Position numbers and translations under genes: made by a program. A DNA stretch of 61,025 nt, counting the filler, from Sluysia triapertura (Eukaryota), in assembly GCA_046118255.1 (NCBI GenBank). It is 3 parts of 3 records of this genome, joined end to end, with 100 filler letters (N's around TTAATTAATTAA, not from the genome) between each part and the next. Parts side by side here need not be neighbours in the genome. Positions count along the whole stretch, not along the records: positions 45,718 to 61,025 come from JBJNIA010231788.1; 2 more parts are not named here. One strand, 5' to 3'. The notes beneath the pieces are model-generated. The model had not been told where the DNA came from. It worked only from the letters and a program-made list of their open reading frames with translations, and ran no database searches. Of the stretch, positions 49,659 through 61,025 are shown piece by piece. Position 1 is the stretch's first letter. Every line of letters begins with the position of its first letter.

Positions 49659-51193
49659 TTCAAATATGTCTGACTATTTATTAAAGACACCTTTATTAAG
49701 ACTATTACAGTAAAACAACTACACAAACTTTAATTAGTCTACTGAAAAGGCTTACAAAATAGATTAAAATGGAAATTGTGATTCTATTGGATAATATTCT
49801 TACTATAGATAAATTTGATTGGTTGAAAGGGATAGGTAAATTTTTTACAATTAGTTTTGTACTTCTTTGTAATATTGTAAATGTGATGAATAAATGGCAT
49901 GCCTGCATTTAACAAAGAAAAAGATTTTAAGGTTTACTTCAATAAAATAAATACAAATTATCATAAAATATATAAATAATTATTCTTAATACAAATAAAA
50001 TAATTACGCATTTTAAAAAATTTATAATTATTTTAATTTTAGACTAACAGAATTCTTTGAATCTTGTTCAAAATCGTTTCGGAAAACATTTTGACAAAGT
50101 TGCTACAGATATTTTAAGATTCAGTTTAACTGAAAAATAAAAAGCATGAAATAATTATATTAAACATCAAAATGTAGGCTAATAATTCACTAAAAATTAC
50201 ATTAAAAAAATTTATATTTGAATTAATAGCAAAACTTAAATTGTAAGGAAGGAACTATAAAATTAATAATCACTGTTTATTGACAATTGGAATTGTGATT
50301 TAAAGTTTTTAAATATTAGTTTGAGTAATGTTGGATTGAAGTTCTGTTAGTTTTATTTGCAAATTCGCTGGTAATAATGTGACAACTTATGAAGTAAAGT
50401 TAGTTTAAAAATAATTTTAAATATTTAACATTTTCTAACTAAACTAATTAATTGTTAATGAAAAAATACGAAAAAAGAATAAAAGCTTACAAGTGATTGT
50501 AATAACAAAGAAAGACAGAGTTGCCTCATCTTCACCATAAATATAATAATATGATTAAATTTTATAAATATTAAAAAGAATTATGTTGAACGAGGCTGCA
50601 TGCATTATAATAATTATTAATTATGCATTTTTAAATAAATGTCATTGATAAATAAATCAATAAAAAATGTTAGACTATTTTAGAGTTAATAGCTATCGTA
50701 TTAAATGTTACTTTTTGAGATCATCTATTTGAACAACTTGTGAATGATCAAATAAGAATTGTGAACTATCAAAATTTAGAAATTTAATTCCCTTAACGTT
50801 TTAATGTACTGTTTTACGCTGTTCGACGAAAAAGTGATGTAATTAAAAGCTGTTTTAATGTGTTAAATTATACTATCCAACAGCTATAATAATAATGGTG
50901 ATAATAATATTGCTGCGTTTTTTCCTAACATAAGTGCAAAATGTTACTTGGCGGGTCCGCCTATAGCGTACAGTTTGAGGCAGAACTCGACGTGTCTATA
51001 AGAGAGCTACTGTAAATTATCGATGAATTAATTCATCGCTTAGCGGATTATCCAGGTTAACCGAAATTACTATTAATTCATTTTCGACTGTGCTCATTTT
51101 TTAAATTTTCTCCTTTTATTACTACTTTTATTTTCTCATCCTCGGTAATTGTTTCGTCACAACTATTTCTTCACCACTGTCTAATTTCTCTTC

Positions 51194-51900
51194 TGTGGTT
51201 TTTCCTAGGGCAAAATAAAATTGAGTAGGGTTCGGTAAACGTGAAGATGGCGTATCTGTAACTAACACTAAGTTAATTTTAATGCAAAATTTTAAATTTT
51301 AATTTTAAAATCTATCAGTTAAGTTAGAGAGTCTTAATCAATCCAATCAATGTAATTAAGATTTATTAAGTAAAAGAATCAAAAAAATATATTAATTATA
51401 TCAACAAATTACTAGTAAGGATATAAAAGATAAGGTATTAAATTAAGCATCAAAATTTAATAATTTAAAATCAAAATCTTATAAATCTTTGATTATTTTA
51501 AATTATAAGCGTTCCCCTCATTAGATTGAGGCTTTACAAATTTCTTAAATTAATTGAAGTCTATTTTATTATTTCAATTTTTGAGATTGAAATTTCCTTA
51601 TAGTAATAAACATTACCAAAAGTCCATGTAGACAGTTACATAAAATGCTTTAAAGCGGATTGAAACCGAGTTAATTAAATCAAAATGGCGTATCAACTAA
51701 AATGAAATTGTGACTTATAAAATTGTATCTAATTTGAATGAATAAATTGTGTTAATATAAAATTTGTAAAAATGCAATTGATAATTGAAATTGTGTTGTA
51801 AATTGAACTGATGCTACTTTATATAGAGTCACCAGCCAATAGGAATCGATGGAATTCTCGGAGTATTAAAAGTATTATGTGAAATTGGAAATAATAAAAT
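51194..51900 (-). mobile_element. LTR-like repeat (AAAACCACA family) with CCAAT and TATA
   Basis: Minus strand reads ...ccgagaattccatcgattcctattggctggtgactctatataaag... and ends ggaaaaaccaca; the CCAAT context matches 27538 and 41508. Confidence 0.55.
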
Positions 51901-51959
51901 TGAAATTAAATGTAGAGCAATGAGAAAATGTCTTGAAGATATGATATTGCAAATTGATG

Positions 51960-53358
51960 TGTTATCACAATGAAAAGGAGTCTTGATTAATGGATAGTTG
52001 ATGATGATGTTATATTAGAAGAACCTCATTGGATATTAAGTCGAACTGAATATGTTATACCGGGTAAAACAAATAGTTTCAGGAATGGCCCAATAATATT
52101 TATTGCTTCAAAGTATAACCAAGAAAAGTTGAATATTGGAATAGCAGATTCTCTTTGTAGAATCCGCGATGGAAATATTCCAATAAGAATAATAAATTAT
52201 ACAGAAGGAAACAGCAGGAACCAAATTAGGAGAAATAGTAAGTTATAAATTAGATACTCAAATAAATTTAATATCAAATAATAATAAACCAAAACATAAA
52301 AATATTAAATTACAAAGAATTATAGATACCGATGATGAAGAAGATTATGAAGAAATAGAAATAAAAAATAAGAATTTAACAAAAGATCAAAAGGAGTTAC
52401 TATACAAAGTTATTTATCGATATCCATGGGCAATAGCCAGAAATAAATCTGATATAGATGATTCAGTATTAATAAAACATGAAATTCCATTATTAGAAGA
52501 TAAGGTTATCAGAAAGAAACCATATCGTATGCCTATGTGTAACCAACAAGTAATGAAAGACCAAATCGAAACAATGAAAAAGGCAGAAGTTATTCGACCA
52601 ATTTTTTCACCATTTTCTTCGCCAGTGTTATTAGTTAAGAAAAAGATGGTACTACGAGATTCTGTATTGACTTTAGAGAATTAAATAAAATTACAATAAA
52701 AGTTGTATTTCCACTACCACGAATAGATGAAATGATGGATAAAATGGGAAATGCTAAATATTTTACTACTTTAGATCTTCAAAGTGGTTATTGGCAAATC
52801 AAGATAGCAGAAAAAGACAAACATGAAACAGTTTTTTCATGTGGAGACGAATTATATAAGTGTGAAAAGATGCTATTTTGATTAAGTGGTGCTCCAGCAA
52901 CATTTCAAAGATGTATGAATTTTGTTTTATCAGGTTGTAAAAATGTAATGGTTTATACTAATGATATAATAATATTTTCAAAAGATTTTAACACACATAT
53001 AGTGGATATTGATAATACTTTAAAACGATTAGAAGTAGCAAGATTAAAAATAAAACCAACAAAATGTGCTTTGGCAGACGAACAAGTAGAAATTTTGGGG
53101 AATATAGTTTCACACGAAGGTATAAAACCAAATCCAAGAAAGATAGAAAAGGTTGTAAAGTTTCCACAACCAAATAATATTAAAAATATACAGAGTTTTC
53201 TAGGTTTAGCAAATTATTATAAAAGATTTGTAAAAGATTTTGCAAAAATTGCTCGACCTTTACGAATGCTCACTAAAAAGAGTGTAACATTTAAATGGAC
53301 TGAAGAACAAACTAAAGCATTCACACAATTAAAAGAAAAATTATTATTGTTAGAATAA
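51960..53358 (+). mobile_element. Decayed Ty3/Gypsy pol (reverse transcriptase)
   Basis: KHEIPL..KKPYRMP, SPFSSPVLLVKKK/DGTTRFCIDFRELN, FPLPRIDE, YFTTLDLQSGYWQI, F*LSGAPATFQR, YTND (mutated YxDD), QSFLGLANYYKRFV; frameshift ~52645, stop 52879, truncated before RNase H. Confidence 0.92.
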
Positions 53359-54141
53359 AATATAATTAAAACAAATACTATTATTGTTAGGAGGTATCAC
53401 GATTATTTACACTGCTTAGTAACGGCAGAATATAAATAGCAAAGTTTTATTCTGATATTCCATAATTTTAATTTTGATATTTTATAAGATAAGATAGAAG
53501 GAAATTTTTACAATTTTTACTTGGTTTGAAGATTTACGGACGACAGCTAATTAATTGAAGATTTACTAAAACTAATTTAATATTTTTTAATCGTTAGTTT
53601 TTTTACCTTGTTAAGTCAAATTTAATTATTAATATAAAATACAAGTAAACTTACATTACAAAATTAGTAGAATTTATAACCACATAAATTAATTTTGTAA
53701 AATATTTACAACTTAATATTAATATTAAATTAATATTAATAAATTGTATAAATCATTAATCTTTTCTTTTTGATTCGATATTTTGATAAAAGTATAAACA
53801 CTAAATTAGCATATTATTACTTTTTGAAACATTCTTTTAGCAACAATGTACCCATTTAACTTTATATTTTTCAAACTTTGCAATATAACATTTTTATTGA
53901 TTTGTATATAATAATTGTGGTGTTACGCCCCACTATATTACATACATCTCATTCACTACCACCATCAACCACATAAACCTCATCACAAAAAAAACCATAT
54001 TAAAATAATACTCATTCACAATATTTGCATTATCACACCGAAAGAAATTAATGCATAGAATTTCGGAAAAGATATTTATCAAAATTTCATCTGCAGAAAA
54101 TTTAGAACCGAAAAAATTTAAAATTTTTTTAATAATATTAA

Positions 54142-54790
54142 ATGACATCTCAAATGGATAATGATAAAATATATCACTTTATATCTGAAAATCGTTCTGT
54201 ATTTTCCAATTGTGATGATAAATTAAAATGTTTATTATGCAACCGAATTTGTGTGAATCCATTAATTACAGAATGTGGATGCACAATGTGCACAGCGCGC
54301 TTAATTGATTATTTGAAGAAGAATATAATGTGTCTTGGTGTAAAAGAAGAATGTAAATTTGGAGAAATAGATTTAAATGAAAATGTATCAAAAACTAAAA
54401 TCATAAATAAAAAGATTTTTGATCTCGAAATAAAATGTCCGAAAGAGATTCGTGATTATAAAAATAGTTTATTAAATATAGTGAACCATTTCGAATTGTG
54501 TAGTGCGAGTAATTGTCCATTTAGAGATTATGGTTGTATCTAATACATTGTTATTCGTTTCTATTATTAGAAAATACTAAAATGATTCACCATGGATTAT
54601 GGCAAATTACATTTATTAAATAAAGTGTTTCGAAGAATTCGAATTATGAAAGATAAACTTAAAATCGAAGATGATAATTACGGATTATTAGTAACTATTC
54701 TAGAACAATTATTTTCATTACGGTAATGTTAAATTCTGATCAACGAATTGTTCTTATTGAACAATAGTCAAACTACAGCATATTTTTCAA
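54142..54790 (+). pseudogene. TRAF: TRAF-family pseudogene (degenerate RING + zinc finger, ends at MATH start)
   Basis: KLKCLLCNRICVNPLITECGCTMC...KKIFDLEIKCP...HFELC...CPFRDYGC; later DQRIVLIEQ*SNYS resembles the coiled-coil/MATH junction; stops and a lost Cys. Confidence 0.7.
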
Positions 54791-55171
54791 TTTTAATAAT
54801 GAGTAAAATATTAATTTCAGAGATTAAGATGCTGCACTGATTAAGAGACGTCTTATAGATGAGTACGTAATGTTTCACTGATAAAGCAATTATCTCCGAA
54901 ATATGATTATGTTATCAAAGTTATCTTATGTACACATTAAAGTACATTAAGAATATTCAATGAAAGTCTAAAAATTGGTGTATAATAGGATTTTCGATAC
55001 AATAAGGCTGAAGATAAATCAGATGGTGAAATTTATTGTTATTATTATTATATTTTTGTATAAATTATTTTTATATTTTCTTACTGGATTTATGATTAAT
55101 ATTATTATTTTATTATTATTATTATTACATTATTTTAATTTTGTTTTAATGGCAAAAAGGATAAATAAATC

Positions 55172-56317
55172 ATGAATAAAGAAATCGTTAATCTAGATAT
55201 GAAATCCAATTTCATACAACTATCATTGATTTCAACTGCGGAAATTATAAAATTTTCTGACGATGAAGACTGGCATCGACGATCTCCTTAAGATCCTTCG
55301 ATTTTTCTCAACGATGATGTAACAATTGACAACCGCAACGATAAAGATGACAATACAAAGTTAGAAGATTTTTTCTAGTTTATTATCTCCAGAAGAAGAT
55401 CTTTTAAAAATAGACCTATCATGCTTTACAGACAACGATGTGATACAAAGAATAAATGAAAGCTACTTAAAGCAATCACCAGATTTGATTTATCTTAGAG
55501 AAAACATTGATGTTTTGGAACATACTGAATTCGAATTTTGTATTTTTCCTGGCTCTCATTTAAGAAAACTTTATACATTTGAGTTGTCATTTCAAAAAAA
55601 GACGGGAGTCGATAGTGACTGGTGGATCGATATTTATATAAAGAAGGTATACAGAACATTAAAACCTGTAATAAGACCACTGTCATGCGTTTGTTTACTG
55701 ATGCTAAATTAACTCAAAAAGAAAGTATTACTATTGATTCAATCCAACGAGTAGTTGGAAATAGATATGAAAGTAAAGAACTACGTGATTTTGAAAGAGA
55801 TGTAGTGAAAGCACTCTACAGTATTATGTTACTACCAACACCTGATCAATATTTGTGTTACTTTTTATTATTAGATAAACCGAATAATTTTAAACAAATT
55901 TATGATGTACTAATGCTTTTAAAGGATACCGTCATATCTTGTAACAGTTTAGCTGGTTATCCTTATTCATTCATTAACGTTGCTATGTATTGTATAACTT
56001 ATTATATTATTAGACTTTTTGAAATTAGTTTTATTGACGTATTCCTCGAAATTAGTCATATTAGTAAACATTTTATTATTAGTTATACCAGTCCATGTAT
56101 TCTTGCAAGTTGTATTAGTGGAGCCGTACCATTATTCGAATTTGATGTACCAGCTGAAAAAAACATACCTGATCTTATTAATTTAAAGTGTGACGAAAGC
56201 GAAAGCGGTGACTCAGATCGTGGTGTCAACTTGCACACGAATAAACGTTTTAGATGTAAGGTTTTTGCTTTTAATAACATACCGTTTTATCTATCAAAAA
56301 CGACTGTGGATGTATAG
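55172..56317 (+). pseudogene. Intronless ~380-codon gene of unknown function, disrupted
   Basis: ATG 55172, stop 55289, frameshifts at ~55372 (T run) and ~55620 join the 55440 and 55622 ORFs into one frame ending at 56317. Confidence 0.55.
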
Positions 56318-56339
56318 AAATTATGTCTTAATAAAATCA

Positions 56340-57760
56340 TCTTAATGTGTTATTTTATTCGCTCTCATCAATTTAATATAAATACTTTGATGTGCCTTAA
56401 GCACAGTTTTAGTAATAATTATGTGGAACCTTATAAACAATACAAGCTTTCTAAATTAAATAAGAAGTTTTTACTAATAAAACCTAAGTACCCCACTATA
56501 GCAACTGCTCCCATGTTTGATACAAATTTCTTCTTGGTCACTATTGAATAGGCACATTTACCAGAATTTGCATATAGACAACGAGTTTCACATAAATTAC
56601 ATTGTGATTCATCTGATGATGTTATATCATTATTGTTACTAACATTAAGTTCATCTTTAGTCTTTTCTATCGCCTCCAAATTAGCTTTATCCTTTAATAA
56701 TGTTAAGGGATTAAATACTGAAATTTTATTAAAACTCTCTGTCATTTCTCGTAAAAAATGCGTTCATTTGTTTCATGGGTCGACTTCAGATATCTTGTCA
56801 ATGTCCAAAAATGTAGCAATCATGGAAAGTAATGTGGAGTTTATTGCGTGATTGAAATAGATCGCAAGCAGCCAATACTAAACCATTTAAAGTAATTTCA
56901 CAAAATTTTTCTTGATACTTAGAAATATTATCAGGACGTATTACTTTGATTTGCCCCGCCTTACAAATAACTTCATCCAAAGTTATTTCATTGAGAATAC
57001 ATGATGAAAACAAATTATTAATATTTTGAATGCATCGTTCAAAACCTTTAGGAGTCATTTTACATTTATGAATCAAATCTGCACTAGGTGAAGTGTCATT
57101 TTTCACAGTGTGACTTTTTATTGTCAAACATCGATTTAGTTTATTTGATAAATAAGTTAAATAAACGTTTTCTAATGTCATTTCTAGATAATCATTTGGT
57201 AGAATTATGATAACATTACGCGCGATTCCAGCATTATGTCTTCATAAATATCATTAATCTCTTCACTAATAGTATTATTTTCATTATTCTTCTCTAGATG
57301 CTCGTTTAGAAAAAACTCTATCGATTTAATTTCGCACTCGTACATTTTTCTAATTATATCCACTTTATCAGCTCTCTGACTTACAGTTACTAATTTCTCA
57401 TATTTTTCTTCAAAACATTCGCATTTAGAAAGATTACTAAAACAGACCCATGAGTTCATGTAAAATACAAAATTAAGTCCCCAAAGACTATTAATATTAA
57501 TACAACAACAAAATGATAAGTTCAATACTTTTAATTTTCTTTCAGTTGGAATCTTGAATTTTGTGTTACTATTGTTAGTATTTAATTTATTTTCTAAATC
57601 TTTTTTAAGTTATCTAATTACTAAAAATTTTTCAAATCACAAAAATTCTCAAATCATGCATCTAGTGAATTCTAGTTTGTCTGGATTGGTTGTCCAACTA
57701 GAGATATATACAAGTAATGATAAAGTTTGCTCTGGTTGGGCAGCCAGTAATAATCATTGT
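56340..57760 (-). pseudogene. Intronless ~450-codon Cys-rich gene of unknown function, disrupted
   Basis: ORFs 57525-57205, 57181-56798 and 56745-56431 link by frameshifts (~57245, ~56830); Cys motifs CMI*EFL (likely CxxC), CCC, CEC, CNLC. Confidence 0.5.
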
Positions 57761-58239
57761 TGCTGAATTGATTGATAGATTAACCACTATCAGTGGCGTA
57801 AATGTAAATTAATGCAGTTACCACTGGTAGTGGTAGTTACTAACTGAATCACTAAATAAATTAATGTAAATTAAAATAATGAAAAATGATAATAATAATA
57901 ATAATAATAATACAACATTATTATTATTTATAATTATTAATTGCATAAATTTCCAAAATTCTTTAAATCAAGAACTTTCTATCATATCTTCAACTTCTCA
58001 ACATATTTAGAACTTGAAAATAATAAAGAATAAAAATGATAAAGATAAAAATGTTAATAATAATAATAACGCGGTGTTATTGTTATTACTAAAGCTGCAT
58101 AAATTCTTTGTGAATCTTTAAAATTAACATGATATGTTTTTTTCTTTATTTACTTTCTGAACATATTTAAACTTATGTAGAACTAGACATCTTTAAAGAA
58201 AATTACTTCGTATTAGTTTTAAATGTATGCTTGAAGTTT

Positions 58240-58829
58240 TAATGTATGGTTGTGGTTATAATACTGTATAATTGTGTGTCGAAAGTTTATGATGAATTTT
58301 TAGATGCTAATTATTGTTTTTAATTAAAGATGAACTTGAGTACTGAAAGTAATGTTTGGTTTTTAGGATTTAAAATGTTTGAAATGATTTGAAGGTGTAT
58401 GGTAGTTAAATTCGAATGTGGTTGAAATTGAATTGTTAATAGATGAAAAATACAATATTTTGGATGAATTTTAATGTAATTTGATGGTATTGAATGTCAC
58501 TGTGGTTTATATGTTATAAGGTTGTGTATTTGAAATGTTTTGAAAAATGGTAGTTGATTTTAGTCGATCTGAAAAGGAATTAAAATATAAAAACGGTTGT
58601 GACGAATTTTACAAAGTTGTTATGTGGTTTTGAAAAGAATATGATTTTAATTATTTTTGTAATAACTGTGAATTTAAAAAAATGTGAGTTGTTTTTTTGG
58701 GGCGTGAATGTTATATTGACATAGGATTGTGTAAAAAAGTGTTTTTGAAAGAATTTTTTAAAATGTATGCTGTCTTTTAAATAAAAATTTTTAAATACTT
58801 TTTGTTAAAGTAATAAGTTGGCCACCACA
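58240..58829 (-). repeat. Strand-asymmetric CA-rich repeat family starting TGTGGTG
   Basis: Ends gttggccaccaca on +, like gttggccactaca at ~27226-27238. Related CA-rich starts at ~9636, ~53917 and ~60863 share acata.a..tcatcaca. Confidence 0.5.
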
Positions 58830-59099
58830 ATCATCTATTGATAGTATGTTTAAATATTCCATTTTATCTCCTATATTTTTATGTTCAGTATTAATTAATT
58901 CAGTAATAATTTTATATCATCTATAATATTGATATCCATTTTATTGCCTATTACTTCTTTTTCAATTTCTTTTCCATCGTTTTCAATTTATTCTTCAATA
59001 CTTTCAATTTCTTTTTTGTTATTTTTAATTTTATCTTTATTATTTTCCTTTGGAAATAGTGTAAAAAAATTCGCTCGTGCCTATTTTATCATTCTGAGG

Positions 59100-60028
59100 T
59101 ATTTCATCGCTTAATTTTTGCCTTTGCAACTGTAAATTTAACTCCTTTATACTTCTTTCATATTTTTATTTTCTTCATTAAATGAATCAACTTGATTACA
59201 TAATGCTTGAGAAACTGGACTTTTATTATGCTTTCGTTTAATTCTATTTCCAAAGTACTCCTGCTTCTATAATTATTGTCGTATGAATTTCGATACCAAC
59301 AATTATATTTATTATGATTTGTTTTTTTGCAAATTTCTCATGGTTCATTTATAAATCGTACTCTATATTTCGTCTATTAAATCCAATAAATGGTGTACTC
59401 TGTCTAAAACTCCTTATATTATTATTGTTGTACACTATTTCTGACATTATTAAAACGTATATTATTCGAGAGATTATTATATTTAAAATTATTTTGATTA
59501 TTCGTAAATTTATTTATTTGATTATCAATATCAGTTCGAATTATGGGCTCAATGTTCATCATGTTGGACTGGTGTGCAATTCCCGTTCTTCTTTCTATAT
59601 TTGAAGCTTTTTGTACTAAGTCATCTAAATTAGTTAGGTCTAACATTAAAAGTTGTGCTCTTATGGGTTCCTAACGCCCATCTATAAATTTTTCATTAAT
59701 TAATTCAATTATTTGTTCACGAGTAAAACTTGGATACGCCTTATTTGCTAAGTGTTTTAAGTCAAATAAAAATTGTGTAACTGTCTCTTTGTATCCTCTT
59801 TAGAATGCTTTTAAAATTAACGAATTTAGAATTTTTAGGTGACAAATGATTTCTAAAATCACTAATTAAATTTTGCCATGCATTTTTATTCTCGTCAGGA
59901 ATGTTTAAATAAGCTTCTACATCTTTTCCTTTATATTCGCATTGATTAATGAAGTTAGATAACGCATCCGGGGTTCCATCAAAAGATTCCAATGGGAGTA
60001 CGAAAGATCGTGCTGGTTCCATATTCAT
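59100..60028 (-). mobile_element. Decayed LTR-retrotransposon gag
   Basis: LESFDGTPDALSNFINQCE...WQNLISDFRNHLSP...LKHLANKAYP...EKFIDG*..IRAQLL...LDDLVQKASNIE, with a frameshift near 59780. Confidence 0.75.
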
Positions 60029-60353
60029 TTCTTTTTTCCTTGTGCTTTTTGACTTAAAATGCTAACTCTGAAATTATAAACTTATTTTTTGATTAAAGTA
60101 AATCTATATAATGAAAATTTACTGGGAACTCCATTGCTGTATAAAACATATAGTTTCCACTACTGTCACTAATATCAGGTGTCCGGGTTTGAAAAGTACT
60201 AAAATGTTCCACACTGACGAAAATATGTTCATTGCTTCTATAGACAATTCTAAGTAGCCTGTGTTCCATATGTGTGTTTCATAAGTTTTTAATCATTAGA
60301 GTCATCAAAATCTTTAAACTCTTAAAAACATAAAAAAATAATGCTATAGGACA

Positions 60354-60371
60354 TTCTAGAAATTTCGAGAA
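60354..60371. promoter_or_regulatory. Heat-shock element
   Basis: TTCtaGAAatTTCgaGAA, 4 perfect alternating units, inside repeat-like sequence. Confidence 0.5.
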
Positions 60372-61025
60372 ATGCCATTGTACATTTGTTGGCATCGATT
60401 TAGTTTAAGTCACAATTTTAAATCACAGCTTTAATGATTTAATTGGAGTAAACGATTTTCAAAAGGATTACGGGAATCTTTATGCCATTTCAACAATTCA
60501 ATGTTGACTGAAGTATCTACATTTGAATTTTCCATTCGAAGTTAGTAAATTATTTTCTGTTAAGGTTGTTTTAACTAATTTTAACTAATTAATTTTAATC
60601 AAAACTTTTATTCCCCAATTTACTTTATATGTAATGGTGTGTTTTTTGTTTTGTGAATAAATACTTAATTTTACCAATAAATGATATTAAGTGTTGCAAG
60701 CTCGCCTATGATTATAGACTTACAATTTAAGGACGAATCTGTAGGATTTAGGAAAGCGTTAATTAAATGTATTAACGGAGGTCTGATAGCGCAATGTGTC
60801 AAAGGAAAACGGTGATACTAGAAATGATATCTTTGTTGAATTAAGAAATTAGGTTATATAATATGGTGTCACACTTTAACACAACATACATATCATCCAT
60901 CATCACCATCAATTACACCAACTAAATCACAAACATCAATCACACTACAACATATATCATACATCACATCCACTATCACCATCGACTACATAAAACTCAT
61001 CACAAACAAATCACATCAAAATAAA

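Noticed and set aside
55128-57881. 13-bp inverted repeat (cattattttaatt / aattaaaataatg) flanking the unknown gene block
   Set aside because: Low-complexity AT sequence; expected by chance here.

Overview
Very AT-rich, repeat-laden animal (metazoan) genomic DNA. It is three contigs joined by artificial 100-nt spacers (N44-TTAATTAATTAA-N44 at 27036-27135 and 45618-45717), so adjacency across the spacers is unproven. Host genes mostly carry tiny 34-42 nt GT-AG introns: an HMG-box gene (-), RPF2 (-), a signal-peptide insulin-receptor-like L1/furin gene with no visible L2/TM/kinase part (+), an intronless GEMIN5 (+) and a CELF3-6/UNC-75-type gene (-). Pseudogene fragments: Rab3, a calmodulin-like EF-hand pair and TRAF. 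Much of the rest is decayed transposons: a CsRn1-like Ty3/Gypsy gag-protease with an intact A-AAA-AAC frameshift site, two other gag relics, a Gypsy RT, a NeSL/R2-like non-LTR element with a Ulp1-like protease, and possible Tigger, piggyBac and LINE scraps. The most unusual signals are (i) a five-copy repeat starting TGTTG with a tRNA-like Pol III cassette about 75 nt inside it, (ii) LTR-like repeats carrying perfect heat-shock elements plus CCAAT boxes, (iii) a 2.6-kb block of two convergent, intronless, decayed genes of unknown type (possible endogenous DNA-virus fragment), and (iv) a mosaic of unrelated gene fragments at 11.8-13.5 kb. Tiny introns, high AT and a TRAF relic would fit a flatworm or other reduced invertebrate, but taxonomy is inference only. 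All family assignments come from manual translation and remembered motifs; no database search was run.
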